Shown: positions 20,210 through 28,573 of the stretch, one piece after another
Layout: every line of letters begins with the position of its first letter
How positions within the stretch are numbered: the stretch's first letter is position 1
Assembly: GCA_937975235.1 (NCBI GenBank)
Contig: CALJUZ010000106.1
Coordinates: forward strand, 67,218-131,217
Source: an uncultured Bacillota bacterium
Lineage (GTDB): Bacteria; Bacillota; Limnochordia; Limnochordales; ZCTH02-B6
Reading direction: 5' to 3'
DNA: 64,000 nucleotides
Translations under genes and position numbers: made by a program
Notes under the pieces: generated by a model
Databases searched by the model: none
What the model was told of the DNA's origin: nothing
What the model saw: the letters and a program-made list of their open reading frames with translations, nothing else

Positions 20210-21658
20210 TTGCCGCTGGCTCGCAGCCTGGACGAAAACTTAAGCGAACTGAAGCGGCGCCTGGGCGTCGGCGTCACCTTCGACGTGCTGGTGCGGGAGC
20301 TGAGCGTAGGAGGGCGGGACGCCGCCCTCATCTTTATTGACGGCCTGATCAAGGACACGGCGACGGTCCACGTCATGAAGTTTCTGATGCGCCTGCGCCG
20401 CGAGGATCTGGCGCCGCAGCCCATAAGGAAGCTGCTCCGGTCGGGGCTGCCCTACTTCGAGGTCGACACCGTCTCCACGCTGGAGGAAGTGGTGGACCAG
20501 GTGCTGGCGGGGCCCGCGGCCCTGCTGGTGGACGGGTGCACGGACGCCGTCATCCTGGATCTCCGCGAGTACCCGGTGCGGGGCGTGGAGGAGCCGGATC
20601 TGGAGCGGGTGACCCGGGGCAGCCGCGAGGGCCTGGTGGAGACCATCGTCTTCAACACGGCCCTCATCCGCCGGCGGCTGCGGGACCCGAACCTGCGGTT
20701 CGAGATGCGCTCCGTGGGCCAGTGGTCCCGCACCGACGTCGCGCTGGGCTACATCGACGGCGTGGCCAATCCCGACACCGTCGACAAGATCCGCCGCCGC
20801 CTGGAAAACGTGGACGTGGGCGCCCTGACCATGGGGGCGCAAAGCCTCATCGAGCTGCTGGTGGGGCAGCGGCTCAATCCGTTTCCCCTGGCCCGGCTCA
20901 CCGAGCGGCCCGACGTGGTCGCGGCCCACCTGGCCGAAGGCCACGTGGTCGTGTTCGTGGACACGTCGCCCACCGCGATCATCTTGCCGGCCAACGTCTG
21001 GCACTTCACCCAGCACGCGGAGGAGTACTTCCAGGCGCCGGCGGTGGGCACGTTCATGCGCTGGGTGCGGTTTTTGGCCATCGGCCTGTCGCTGGTTTTG
21101 GGGCCCGCGTGGCTGGCGGTGGCCACGTGGGAGACGGCGCCGGATTGGATTTCGTTCATCGGCCCGGCGGAGAAGCCCCGGGTCGCGCTGTGGCTGCAGT
21201 TTCTGCTGCTGGAGTTCGGCCTGGTCCTGATCGGCCAGGCCCTCATTCACACGCCCACGGCCATGTCTACGGCGCTGGGCATCGTCGGCGCGATCTTGCT
21301 GGGCGAGCTGGCCATCACCGTGCGCGTGTTCGTGCCGGAGACAGTGCTGTACGTGGCCGTGGCCGCGCTGATGTCCTTCGCCACCCCCAGCATCGAGTTC
21401 GCCCACGCGCTGCGGCTGTTCCGCTACGGGCTGTTCGTGCTGGTGGCGCTGTGGGGCTGGTGGGGCTTCGGCGCGGGCCTGGCCGGGACGTTCCTGTGGC
21501 TGGCTTTGACCAACTCCTTCGGCCTGCCGTATCTCTACCCGCTGCTGCCCTTCAACGGCAAGGCGCTGGTGCGCCTGCTGTTCCGCTTTCCCATTCTCCA
21601 GGTGGGCGTCCGCGCGACGCCGAAAAAGTCCCGCAAAGGCGCGTATCCCGACTCGTAG
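20210..21658 (+). CDS. spoVAF: GerA-family protein, SpoVAF-like
   Basis: 482 aa with a soluble N-terminal GerA-type domain (ALIFIDGLIKD...) and five or more C-terminal TM helices. It lies directly upstream of lysA, the same synteny as spoVAF-lysA in B. subtilis. Confidence 0.8.
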   Translation: MPLARSLDENLSELKRRLGVGVTFDVLVRELSVGGRDAALIFIDGLIKDTATVHVMKFLMRLRREDLAPQPIRKLLRSGLPYFEVDTVSTLEEVVDQVLAGPAALLVDGCTDAVILDLREYPVRGVEEPDLERVTRGSREGLVETIVFNTALIRRRLRDPNLRFEMRSVGQWSRTDVALGYIDGVANPDTVDKIRRRLENVDVGALTMGAQSLIELLVGQRLNPFPLARLTERPDVVAAHLAEGHVVVFVDTSPTAIILPANVWHFTQHAEEYFQAPAVGTFMRWVRFLAIGLSLVLGPAWLAVATWETAPDWISFIGPAEKPRVALWLQFLLLEFGLVLIGQALIHTPTAMSTALGIVGAILLGELAITVRVFVPETVLYVAVAALMSFATPSIEFAHALRLFRYGLFVLVALWGWWGFGAGLAGTFLWLALTNSFGLPYLYPLLPFNGKALVRLLFRFPILQVGVRATPKKSRKGAYPDS

Positions 21659-21733
21659 CCCGCATCCGAGCCTTCACCGGCGGTCCGTCTGTGTGTTAAG
21701 ATGGAGTGAGTGCCAAGGACGGAGGTATCCGCG

Positions 21734-23101
21734 GTGCCGCTGGACGAGGGCCGGACCGTGTCCGCAAGCAACGAAGGACATCTGCTCATCGGCGGCTGCG
21801 ACGCCGTCGAACTGGCGCGCCGCTACGGCACGCCGCTCTACGTGCTGGACGAAGGGCGCGTGCGGGAGGCCATGCGGGCCTACCGGCGGGCCATGGAGGA
21901 GTCGTACCCGAAAGGCCGCGTGCTGTACGCGGGCAAAGCGCTGCTCACCGCCGCCATGTGCCGCATCGCGGCCGAGGAGGGCCTGGGGCTGGACGTCGTC
22001 TCCGGCGGCGAGCTGTATACGGCGCTGACGGCGCAGTTTCCCCCCGAGCGCATTTATTTCCACGGCAACAACAAGTCCGACGAGGAGCTGGACATGGCGG
22101 TGCAGGCCGGCGTCGGGCGCATCGTCGTGGACAACGAGGGCGAGCTGGAGCGTCTGGAGCGGGCCGCGCAGCGGGCCGGCCGCCCGGCCGACGTGCTGCT
22201 GCGCATTACGCCCGGCGTGGCCGCGGACACCCATTCGTACGTCCGCACCGGCCAGCTGGATTCCAAATTCGGCATCCCCATGGCCCGCGGGCAGGCCCTG
22301 GCCGCGGCCAAACGGGCCGCGGCGTCGCCGTGGCTCCGACTGCGGGGATACCACAGCCACATCGGCTCGCAAATTACCGACCTTTCGCCCTACGACGCCG
22401 CGGTGGACCTGATGGTGCGCTTTTTGGCCGAAGCGCAAAGGGAGACGGGCGTCGCGGCCCAGCAGCTCAACATGGGCGGGGGCCTGGGCATCCGCTACCT
22501 TGACGAGCAAGACGTGCCGGCGCCGGACGCGTTCGTGCGGCGCATCGCCCGCCGGGTGCTGGCCCGGGTGGAGGAGGCGGGGCTGCCCGCGCCCGAGCTG
22601 CTGCTGGAGCCGGGGCGCTCCATCGTCGGGCCCGCGGGCGTCACGCTCTACACCGTGGGCTTCGTCAAGCGCATTCCGGGCGTGCGCACCTACGTCATGA
22701 TCGACGGCGGGATGGGCGACAACCCCCGGGTGGCGCTGTACGGGACCCGGCACCGCGCCGTTTTGGCCAACAAGCTGGGCGCGGCGCCGGCGGCCGGGCC
22801 GGTGGCCGTCGCGGGGAAGTACTGCGAGTCCGGCGACGTGCTCATCGAGGAGCTGCACGGGCCCGAACCCGAGCCGGGCGACGTGCTGGCGGTCTTTGAC
22901 ACGGGGGCGTACAATTTCTCCATGGCCAGCAACTACAACCGCATCCCGCGGCCGGCCATGGTGCTGGTCCATCAGGGCCGGCACGAGCTGATGGTCCGCC
23001 GCGAGACGTACGCCGACCTGGTCGCGCGCGACGTGGTGCCGTCGTGGCTGGCCGCCGCGACGGGCGGCGGCGCGGCCGGCGGGAGCACGAAACCGGAGTA
23101 G
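21734..23101 (+). CDS. lysA: Diaminopimelate decarboxylase
   Basis: YGTPLYVLDE, YAGKALL (PLP lysine), HGNNKS, HSHIGSQ, GGGLGI and CESGD motifs. The GTG at 21734 has GGAGG 8 nt upstream. Confidence 0.93.
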   Translation: MPLDEGRTVSASNEGHLLIGGCDAVELARRYGTPLYVLDEGRVREAMRAYRRAMEESYPKGRVLYAGKALLTAAMCRIAAEEGLGLDVVSGGELYTALTAQFPPERIYFHGNNKSDEELDMAVQAGVGRIVVDNEGELERLERAAQRAGRPADVLLRITPGVAADTHSYVRTGQLDSKFGIPMARGQALAAAKRAAASPWLRLRGYHSHIGSQITDLSPYDAAVDLMVRFLAEAQRETGVAAQQLNMGGGLGIRYLDEQDVPAPDAFVRRIARRVLARVEEAGLPAPELLLEPGRSIVGPAGVTLYTVGFVKRIPGVRTYVMIDGGMGDNPRVALYGTRHRAVLANKLGAAPAAGPVAVAGKYCESGDVLIEELHGPEPEPGDVLAVFDTGAYNFSMASNYNRIPRPAMVLVHQGRHELMVRRETYADLVARDVVPSWLAAATGGGAAGGSTKPE

Positions 23102-23131
23102 GCGACGGGAACGGCGGGGGGGAACCGCAGC

Positions 23132-23749
23132 ATGATGATTTCGGATTTCAGGCTTGACGTGTTGATTTTGCGCGTGGCCGCGGTGCTTTTGGCCCTGGCC
23201 ATCCACGAGTACGCCCACGCGGCGGCGGCCGTGCGCCTGGGCGATCCGGGCCCCAAGTTCGACGGCCGCCTGACGCTGAATCCCCTGGCCCACCTGGACC
23301 CCGTCGGCACGCTGATGCTGTTCTTCTTTTCTTTCGGCTGGGCCAAGCCGGTCATGGTGAATCCGGCCCGGTTCAAAAACCCGCGGCGGGACATGATGTG
23401 GGTCGCGCTGGCGGGGCCGTTGTCCAACATCGCGCTGGCCTTCGCACTGGCCCGCCTGGCGCCGTTCATCCTGAACATCGTGCCGCCCGGGGCCTTGCGG
23501 GCCACCTGGATGTTTTTGCAAGTGTCGGTCCAGCTCAACATCTGGCTGGCCGTGTTCAACATGCTGCCGCTGCCGCCTCTGGACGGCTCGAAAGTGCTGA
23601 TGGGCATCCTGCCCCGGCGCTACGCGTACCGCTACGCGCGCCTGGAGTCGTACGGCACCGTCATCCTGCTGCTCCTGGTGGTGTCGGGCATGCTGTTCCG
23701 CGTGCTGCAGCCGGCCTATTCGGCGGTGGCGCGGCTGGTGGTGGGCTGA
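23132..23749 (+). CDS. Site-2 protease family (peptidase M50) membrane metalloprotease
   Basis: 205 aa with an HEYAH zinc motif, LNPLAHLDPVG, and NMLPLPPLDGSKV (the NxxPxxxLDG motif). Confidence 0.85.
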   Translation: MMISDFRLDVLILRVAAVLLALAIHEYAHAAAAVRLGDPGPKFDGRLTLNPLAHLDPVGTLMLFFFSFGWAKPVMVNPARFKNPRRDMMWVALAGPLSNIALAFALARLAPFILNIVPPGALRATWMFLQVSVQLNIWLAVFNMLPLPPLDGSKVLMGILPRRYAYRYARLESYGTVILLLLVVSGMLFRVLQPAYSAVARLVVG

Positions 23750-24475
23750 ATGTACCAGGTGCGCCTGGCGGTGTTCGAAGGGCCGCTGGACTTGCTGCTC
23801 CACCTGATTGAAAAGCAAGAGGTGGACATCTGGGAAGTGTCCATCGCCGAAATCGCCCGGCAGTACCTGGACTTCCTCGCTCAAGTTCCCCGGGTGGAGC
23901 TGGAGGCCGCGGGGGAGTACCTGGCCATGGCCGCCCTTTTGGTGCGCATCAAAGCCCGCCACCTGCTGCCCCACGCGGTGGTGGAGGACGAGGGCGAAGA
24001 GGAAGAAGACGCGGCGGCGCTGGAGGAGGAGCTCCGGCAGCGGCTGGCCGAATACAAGCGCTACAAGGAAGCGGCCGCGGTGCTGGCCGAGCTGGCCCAG
24101 GTCCGGGAGCTGTACGGCCTGCGCCCGGTGTCGCTGACCGGCGAAGGCCCGGCGGCAGCGCCCGGCCCGCCGGCCGGCTTTTCGGTGCAGCGGCTGGCCG
24201 AGGCCTTTGCGGAGCTTCTGACCCGCGAGCGCCCGGAGCCGGCGCCGCCGCCGGTGCTGCGCAAAGTCGATCTGCGGGGCGCGATGATCCGGGTGCGCCG
24301 GGCGCTGCGGGCCGCGGCGGGCGCGGTGCCCTTCCGGTCCTTGTTTTCCCGCCAAGCGTCCCGCTGGGAATGGATCGTGACGTTTCTGGCCGTGCTGGAG
24401 CTGGTGCACATGGGCAGCGTGCGGGTGCGCCAGAGCGAGCCTTTCGGCGAGCTGCACCTGGAACATGCGGCGTAA
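23750..24475 (+). CDS. scpA: Segregation and condensation protein A
   Basis: FEGPLDLLLHLIEKQEVDIWEVSIAEI is the N-terminal kleisin motif. The gene is followed by scpB. Confidence 0.9.
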   Translation: MYQVRLAVFEGPLDLLLHLIEKQEVDIWEVSIAEIARQYLDFLAQVPRVELEAAGEYLAMAALLVRIKARHLLPHAVVEDEGEEEEDAAALEEELRQRLAEYKRYKEAAAVLAELAQVRELYGLRPVSLTGEGPAAAPGPPAGFSVQRLAEAFAELLTRERPEPAPPPVLRKVDLRGAMIRVRRALRAAAGAVPFRSLFSRQASRWEWIVTFLAVLELVHMGSVRVRQSEPFGELHLEHAA

Positions 24476-24487
24476 AGGGGAGTCGGC

Positions 24488-25078
24488 GTGGAGCAGACGT
24501 ACATTCCCGAAACGCTGGAGCGGCTGGCCGCGGCGGTGGAGGCGCTGCTGTTCGCCAGCCCGGAGCCCCTCTCGGACGGGGAGCTGGCCCGCCTGACGGG
24601 GTGGGAGCCCCGGCAGGTGGCGGCCGCGGTGGCCATGCTGGAGCGGCGGCTGGCGGAAGACCCCACGCGCGGGCTGTGCCTTGTCCGCGTCAACAACGGC
24701 TGGCAGCTGGCCACCAGGCCGGATTTCGCTCCGCTGCTGGCCCGCCTGCGGGAGCCGCGCCCGCCCGCGCCGCTGTCGCGGGCCGCTTTGGAGACGCTGG
24801 CCATCATCGCGTACAAGCAGCCCGTCACGCGGGCTGAAATCGATCATCTACGGGGCGTCCGCTCGGAATCGGCGCTGCAGTCGCTGCAGGACCGGGAGCT
24901 CATCGAGGAGGCCGGCCGGGCCGACGGGCCGGGACGGCCCATTTTGTACCGGACGACGGAAAAGTTCTTGCACTGGTGCGGTTTGAACTCCCTGGACGAC
25001 TTGCCGCCCCTTCCCGAACCGGAAACGCCCGCCGGCGCCGAGGACCCGCATACATCGCCCGCGGCCGGGTCAGATTAA
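24488..25078 (+). CDS. scpB: Segregation and condensation protein B
   Basis: VEALLFASPEPLS...LSRAALETLAIIAYKQPVTRAEI...GRPILYRTT are the ScpB winged-helix repeats. Confidence 0.9.
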   Translation: MEQTYIPETLERLAAAVEALLFASPEPLSDGELARLTGWEPRQVAAAVAMLERRLAEDPTRGLCLVRVNNGWQLATRPDFAPLLARLREPRPPAPLSRAALETLAIIAYKQPVTRAEIDHLRGVRSESALQSLQDRELIEEAGRADGPGRPILYRTTEKFLHWCGLNSLDDLPPLPEPETPAGAEDPHTSPAAGSD

Positions 25079-25137
25079 CCGCGAGACCGCGAGGCGACCG
25101 GCCGCCCGCCGGGCGCCGCGGGAGGGAGCGACAGGCC

Positions 25138-25554
25138 GTGAGCGAACAGCACCCCATCGAAGGTTTGATGCAAACCGCGATGGAGAGCCTCAAAGCGATG
25201 GTGGACGTCAACACCATCTTGGGCGATCCGGTGGAAACGCCCGACGGCACAGTGGTCGTGCCGGTGTCGAAGGTGTCCTTCGGCTTTGCCGCCGGCGGCA
25301 CCGAGTTTGAAGCGGAAAACGGCGGGGACGAGGGCTACCCCTTCGGCGGCGGCAGCGGGGCGGGCATCTCGCTGCAGCCCGTGGCCTTTCTCGTCGTGGG
25401 CCAGGGGCAGATCCGGCTCATGACCATCGACAAGAACGCGGCCATTTACGACCGGCTGCTGGACCTGGCACCGGACGTGATGGACGGCTTGCAAAACATA
25501 TTCAGCAACGGAAGGGGGCGCTCGGATCAGACCGCGACGCCCCTGACCCCGTAA
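25138..25554 (+). CDS. ytfJ: Sporulation protein YtfJ (GerW family)
   Basis: The GTG at 25138 has GGGAGGGA ~9 nt upstream. HPIEGLMQTAMESLKAMVDVNTILGDPVETPDGTVVVPVSKVSFGFAAGG...PFGGGSGAG closely matches B. subtilis YtfJ. Confidence 0.85.
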   Translation: MSEQHPIEGLMQTAMESLKAMVDVNTILGDPVETPDGTVVVPVSKVSFGFAAGGTEFEAENGGDEGYPFGGGSGAGISLQPVAFLVVGQGQIRLMTIDKNAAIYDRLLDLAPDVMDGLQNIFSNGRGRSDQTATPLTP

Positions 25555-25593
25555 CGCCCCCGGCCCCGGGGGCGGGGCCGAGGTGGTTGGCGG

Positions 25594-26328
25594 TTGGCCC
25601 TGGAGAGGCTGCAGAAGTTTATGGCCCGGTGCGGCGTCGCGTCCCGCCGGGCGTGCGAAACGATGATCGCGGAAGGCCGCGTGCGCGTCAACGGCCGCGT
25701 CGTGCGCGAGCCCGGGACGAAAATCGACCCCGCCACGGATCGCGTCGAGGTCGACGGACGCATCCTCACCCCTCCCGAAGAGCTGGTGTACATCGCCCTC
25801 CACAAGCCCCGCGGGTACGTGACGACGGTGCACGACCCCCAAGGGCGCCCCACCGTCATGGACCTGGTGCAAGACGCCGGCGCCCGGGTGTACCCCGTGG
25901 GCCGGCTGGACGCGGACAGCGAAGGCTTGCTGCTGCTCACCAGCGACGGCCGCCTGGCCCACCGCCTCATGCACCCCCGCTACGGCGTGGAGAAGCGCTA
26001 CCGGGTGACGGTGCAGGGCACGGTCAGCGACGAAGCGCTCCAGATGCTGGCCGAGGGCGTGCCGCTGGAGGACGGCATGACGGCGCCCGCGCGCGTGCGG
26101 CTCCTGGCCCGGGGCGGGCGGCGTTCGGTCCTGGAGATCACCTTGTCCGAAGGACGCAAACGCCAGGTGCGCCGCATGTGCCGCCACGTGGGCCATCCCG
26201 TGGTGCGGCTGGTACGCACTGCGGTGGGCCCGGTGGAGCTGGGAGCGCTGCCGCCCGGCGCCTGCCGCCGGCTGACGGACGCGGAGGTGGCGCGCCTGCG
26301 GCGGGCCGCGGGCCTCACGGGCCAATAA
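25594..26328 (+). CDS. rluB: Pseudouridine synthase, RluB/RsuA family
   Basis: S4 domain (RLQKFMARCGVASRR) plus the catalytic GRLDADSEGLLLLTSDG motif. 244 aa. Confidence 0.9.
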   Translation: MALERLQKFMARCGVASRRACETMIAEGRVRVNGRVVREPGTKIDPATDRVEVDGRILTPPEELVYIALHKPRGYVTTVHDPQGRPTVMDLVQDAGARVYPVGRLDADSEGLLLLTSDGRLAHRLMHPRYGVEKRYRVTVQGTVSDEALQMLAEGVPLEDGMTAPARVRLLARGGRRSVLEITLSEGRKRQVRRMCRHVGHPVVRLVRTAVGPVELGALPPGACRRLTDAEVARLRRAAGLTGQ

Positions 26329-26342
26329 CCCGATTTTTGTCG

Positions 26343-26371
26343 TTTACAAACGTCTGCGTGCGTGCTAGAAT
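26343..26371 (+). promoter_or_regulatory. Sigma-A-type promoter candidate upstream of the HutP-like/aro gene block
   Basis: TTTACA, 17 nt, TAGAAT lies in the AT-richer stretch just after rluB. It would give a ~150-nt leader before the 26528 start. Confidence 0.6.
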
Positions 26372-26527
26372 AGTCAGCAATTCAATCCGGATTCGAAGTA
26401 CGGCAGGACGGCAGGTGCTCATGATGCTTCTCCTTCAGCCGTGTCGCTTCTCTTCGGAAGCGGCGTCTCGCTTTTTTGTACCTAAAACCGCTCCGCCGCC
26501 TTCGTTGCGAGAGGCGGGAGCCCGCCT

Positions 26528-26941
26528 ATGAGCGCAGCCAGCCGCCAGGTGGCCCGCGCCGCGCTTTCCATGGCGCTGACGGAGACCCATCCCGAAGAGA
26601 TGGAGCAAAAGCGGCTGCTGGAGGCCGCAGGCATCCGCGCGACCGCGGTCGACTTCGGCGGCGAGTTCGTGCCCAACGTGCGCCGCATCGTCGAGCGGGC
26701 CGTGGTGGCGGCCAAGCGGGAAGGCGTCATCCGCCCCGTGCACGCGGAGGAGGGCGCGGTGGCCGGCGCGGCCCACGAGGCGCTGGTGCAGCTGGGCATG
26801 AAGGCGCTGGGCCTCAGCGTCGGCGGCAAAATCGGCATCGCCCGGCAGGACGATCACGTGGCGGTGGCCATGTTCTTCAGCATCGGCCTGGGGCACCTGG
26901 ACGAAGTGGCCGTCGGCCTGGCTCACCGGGCCGTGTCGTGA
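26528..26941 (+). CDS. HutP-family protein (putative RNA-binding antiterminator-like regulator)
   Basis: 137 aa. By eye it aligns end to end with B. subtilis HutP: LEAAGIRATAVDFGGE vs LERDGWKVCLGKVGSM, AAKREGVIRPVHAEEGAVAGAAHEALVQL vs [30 protein letters not shown], and HVAVAMFFSIG...EVAVGLAH vs WIAVSLYGTIG...HETFGVGINH. No database search was possible. Confidence 0.6.
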   Translation: MSAASRQVARAALSMALTETHPEEMEQKRLLEAAGIRATAVDFGGEFVPNVRRIVERAVVAAKREGVIRPVHAEEGAVAGAAHEALVQLGMKALGLSVGGKIGIARQDDHVAVAMFFSIGLGHLDEVAVGLAHRAVS

Positions 26942-27010
26942 CGGTTTTTTCGGCGAGATCACTTTGACTTTGTTGATTTACAATTGAAAGGGCAGCATCG
27001 GAAAGGACGG

Positions 27011-28573
27011 ATGGACGTGACGTCGGCAAGCGTGCGGGGCGTACGGGGCGCGATCACCGCCCGGGCCAACACGCCCGAGGCCATCGGCGAAGCCGCCAAA
27101 GAGCTGGTGCGGCGCATGATGGACGAAAACGGCATCGGCCCGGAGGACATCGCCAGCATTATCTTTTCCGTCACCGACGACCTGAACGCCGCGTTTCCTG
27201 CCGAGGCCGCCCGGGAGCTGGGGCTGCACATGGTGCCGCTGCTCTGCACCCGGGAGATCGACGTGCCGGGCAGCATGCCCCGGTGCATCCGGGTGCTGAT
27301 GCACGTCAACACCGGCACTCCCCAGCACGCGGTGCGGCATGTGTACTTGGGCGAAGCCAGGGCGCTGCGGCCGGATTTGCCCGGGACGCCGCCGGCGTCC
27401 CCGGCGGGCGGGGAGACCGCGGGTCCCCGTCCCCGGGCGGCCACCCTGGCCATCGACCCGTACGTGCCGGGCATGTCCGCCGAGGAGGTGCGGGAGCGCT
27501 TCGGGCTGGACGACGTGGTCAAGCTCGCGTCCAACGAAAACCCGCTGGGGCCTTCGCCCGCGGCGCTGGCCCGCCTGCAGGAGGCGCTGGCGGGACTGCA
27601 CGCCTACCCCGACGGCGGCGCCCGCCGCCTGACGGCCGCGCTGGCGGCCCGCTTCGAGCTGCCCGAAGACCACTTCATCGTCGGCAACGGCTCCGACGGC
27701 GTCATCAAGATGCTGGCGGAAACGTTTCTGGAGCCGGGCGACGACATCGTCTGCGCCCGGCCCACCTTCAGCCAGTACGCCTTCGGCGCGGCGCTGATGG
27801 GCGCCCGCACCCAGTGGGTGCCGCTGACGCCCGACATGCGCCACGATCTTCCCGCCATGGCCCGGCGCATCGGCCCCCGCACGAAGGCGGTGTTCGTGTG
27901 CAATCCCAACAACCCCACGGGCACCGTGGTCACGAAAGCCGAGTTTGAAGACTTCCTCGCGATGGTGCCCCGGCGCGTGCTGGTGGTGGTGGACGAGGCG
28001 TACGCGGAGTACACCGACGAAAGCCGGCTCTTCGGCGTGGACGCGGTGCGCCGCGGCGATCCGCGCGTCGTGGTGCTGCGGACGTTTTCGAAAATTTACG
28101 GCCTGGCCGGTCTGCGGGTGGGCTACGGCATCGCCCATCCGTCGGTGGTCGCCGCGCTGCAACGGGTGAAAGAGCCTTTTCAGGTCAGCGCGCCGGCCCA
28201 GCTCGCGGCCGAGGCCGCGCTGGGGGACCTGGAGCACGTCCGGCGCAGCGTGGCCGTCAACGAGGAAGGCAAGCGGTATTTTTACCGCCGCCTGGAGGAG
28301 CTGGGCCTCGACTACATCCCGACCGAAGCCAACTTCGTCTTTTTCGACGTCGGCCGTCCCAGCCGGGAGGTGTTTATGCACCTGCTCCGAGAAGGCGTCA
28401 TCGTGCGCGCGGGCGACGCCTTCGGGCAGGGCACGTTTATCCGGGCCACCATCGGCACCGGCGCCCAAAACCAGCGCCTGTTCGACGCCTTGGCGCGTCT
28501 TTTGCAACACGACACGGTCCCGGCCGGCGCAGCCGGCGCAACGGCACACAAGAAGGGGGAAACCGCGAGGTGA
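27011..28573 (+). CDS. Fusion protein of AroH-class chorismate mutase and HisC-type (class II) aminotransferase
   Basis: One uninterrupted ORF. The N-terminal ~120 aa match B. subtilis AroH (VRGVRGAIT...[14 protein letters not shown]...CIRVLMHVN...[16 protein letters not shown]). A Pro/Ala/Gly linker follows. The rest is HisC-like ([57 protein letters not shown]). The exact start (ATG 27011 or GTG 27017) is uncertain. Confidence 0.85.
   Translation: MDVTSASVRGVRGAITARANTPEAIGEAAKELVRRMMDENGIGPEDIASIIFSVTDDLNAAFPAEAARELGLHMVPLLCTREIDVPGSMPRCIRVLMHVNTGTPQHAVRHVYLGEARALRPDLPGTPPASPAGGETAGPRPRAATLAIDPYVPGMSAEEVRERFGLDDVVKLASNENPLGPSPAALARLQEALAGLHAYPDGGARRLTAALAARFELPEDHFIVGNGSDGVIKMLAETFLEPGDDIVCARPTFSQYAFGAALMGARTQWVPLTPDMRHDLPAMARRIGPRTKAVFVCNPNNPTGTVVTKAEFEDFLAMVPRRVLVVVDEAYAEYTDESRLFGVDAVRRGDPRVVVLRTFSKIYGLAGLRVGYGIAHPSVVAALQRVKEPFQVSAPAQLAAEAALGDLEHVRRSVAVNEEGKRYFYRRLEELGLDYIPTEANFVFFDVGRPSREVFMHLLREGVIVRAGDAFGQGTFIRATIGTGAQNQRLFDALARLLQHDTVPAGAAGATAHKKGETAR

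Noticed and set aside
21674-24847. 1057-aa ORF on the minus strand
   Set aside because: It is antisense to lysA, the M50 protease gene, scpA and scpB. Its composition is low-complexity and Arg/Gly/Pro-rich, so it is treated as a shadow ORF.
24976-25137. N-terminal extensions offered by the ORF track for ytfJ (24976), recX (16273), thrB (43559), lysC (44008), hom (41350), plsC (31210), the YIEGIA-family gene (35737), hup (40755), the regulator (62920), cinA (13017) and the membrane protein (33751)
   Set aside because: In every case the extension overlaps the upstream gene or is Arg/Gly/Pro-rich. An internal start with a proper SD also coincides with the beginning of family homology.
26421-26531. 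Reading the 36-codon uORF as a Phe-sensing leader peptide for the aromatic operon
   Set aside because: It has only three Phe codons. The two adjacent ones are simply the T6 tract of the terminator-like element, and there is no run of aromatic codons like that in pheA or trp leaders. It is kept only as a translational-coupling possibility.
26956-26984. Promoter between the HutP-like gene and aroH::hisC (TTGACT at 26964 and TACAAT at 26979)
   Set aside because: The two hexamers are only 9 nt apart. With a 17-nt spacer the -35 position reads AGATCA. This is not a credible sigma-A promoter, so the aro genes are more likely read through from upstream.
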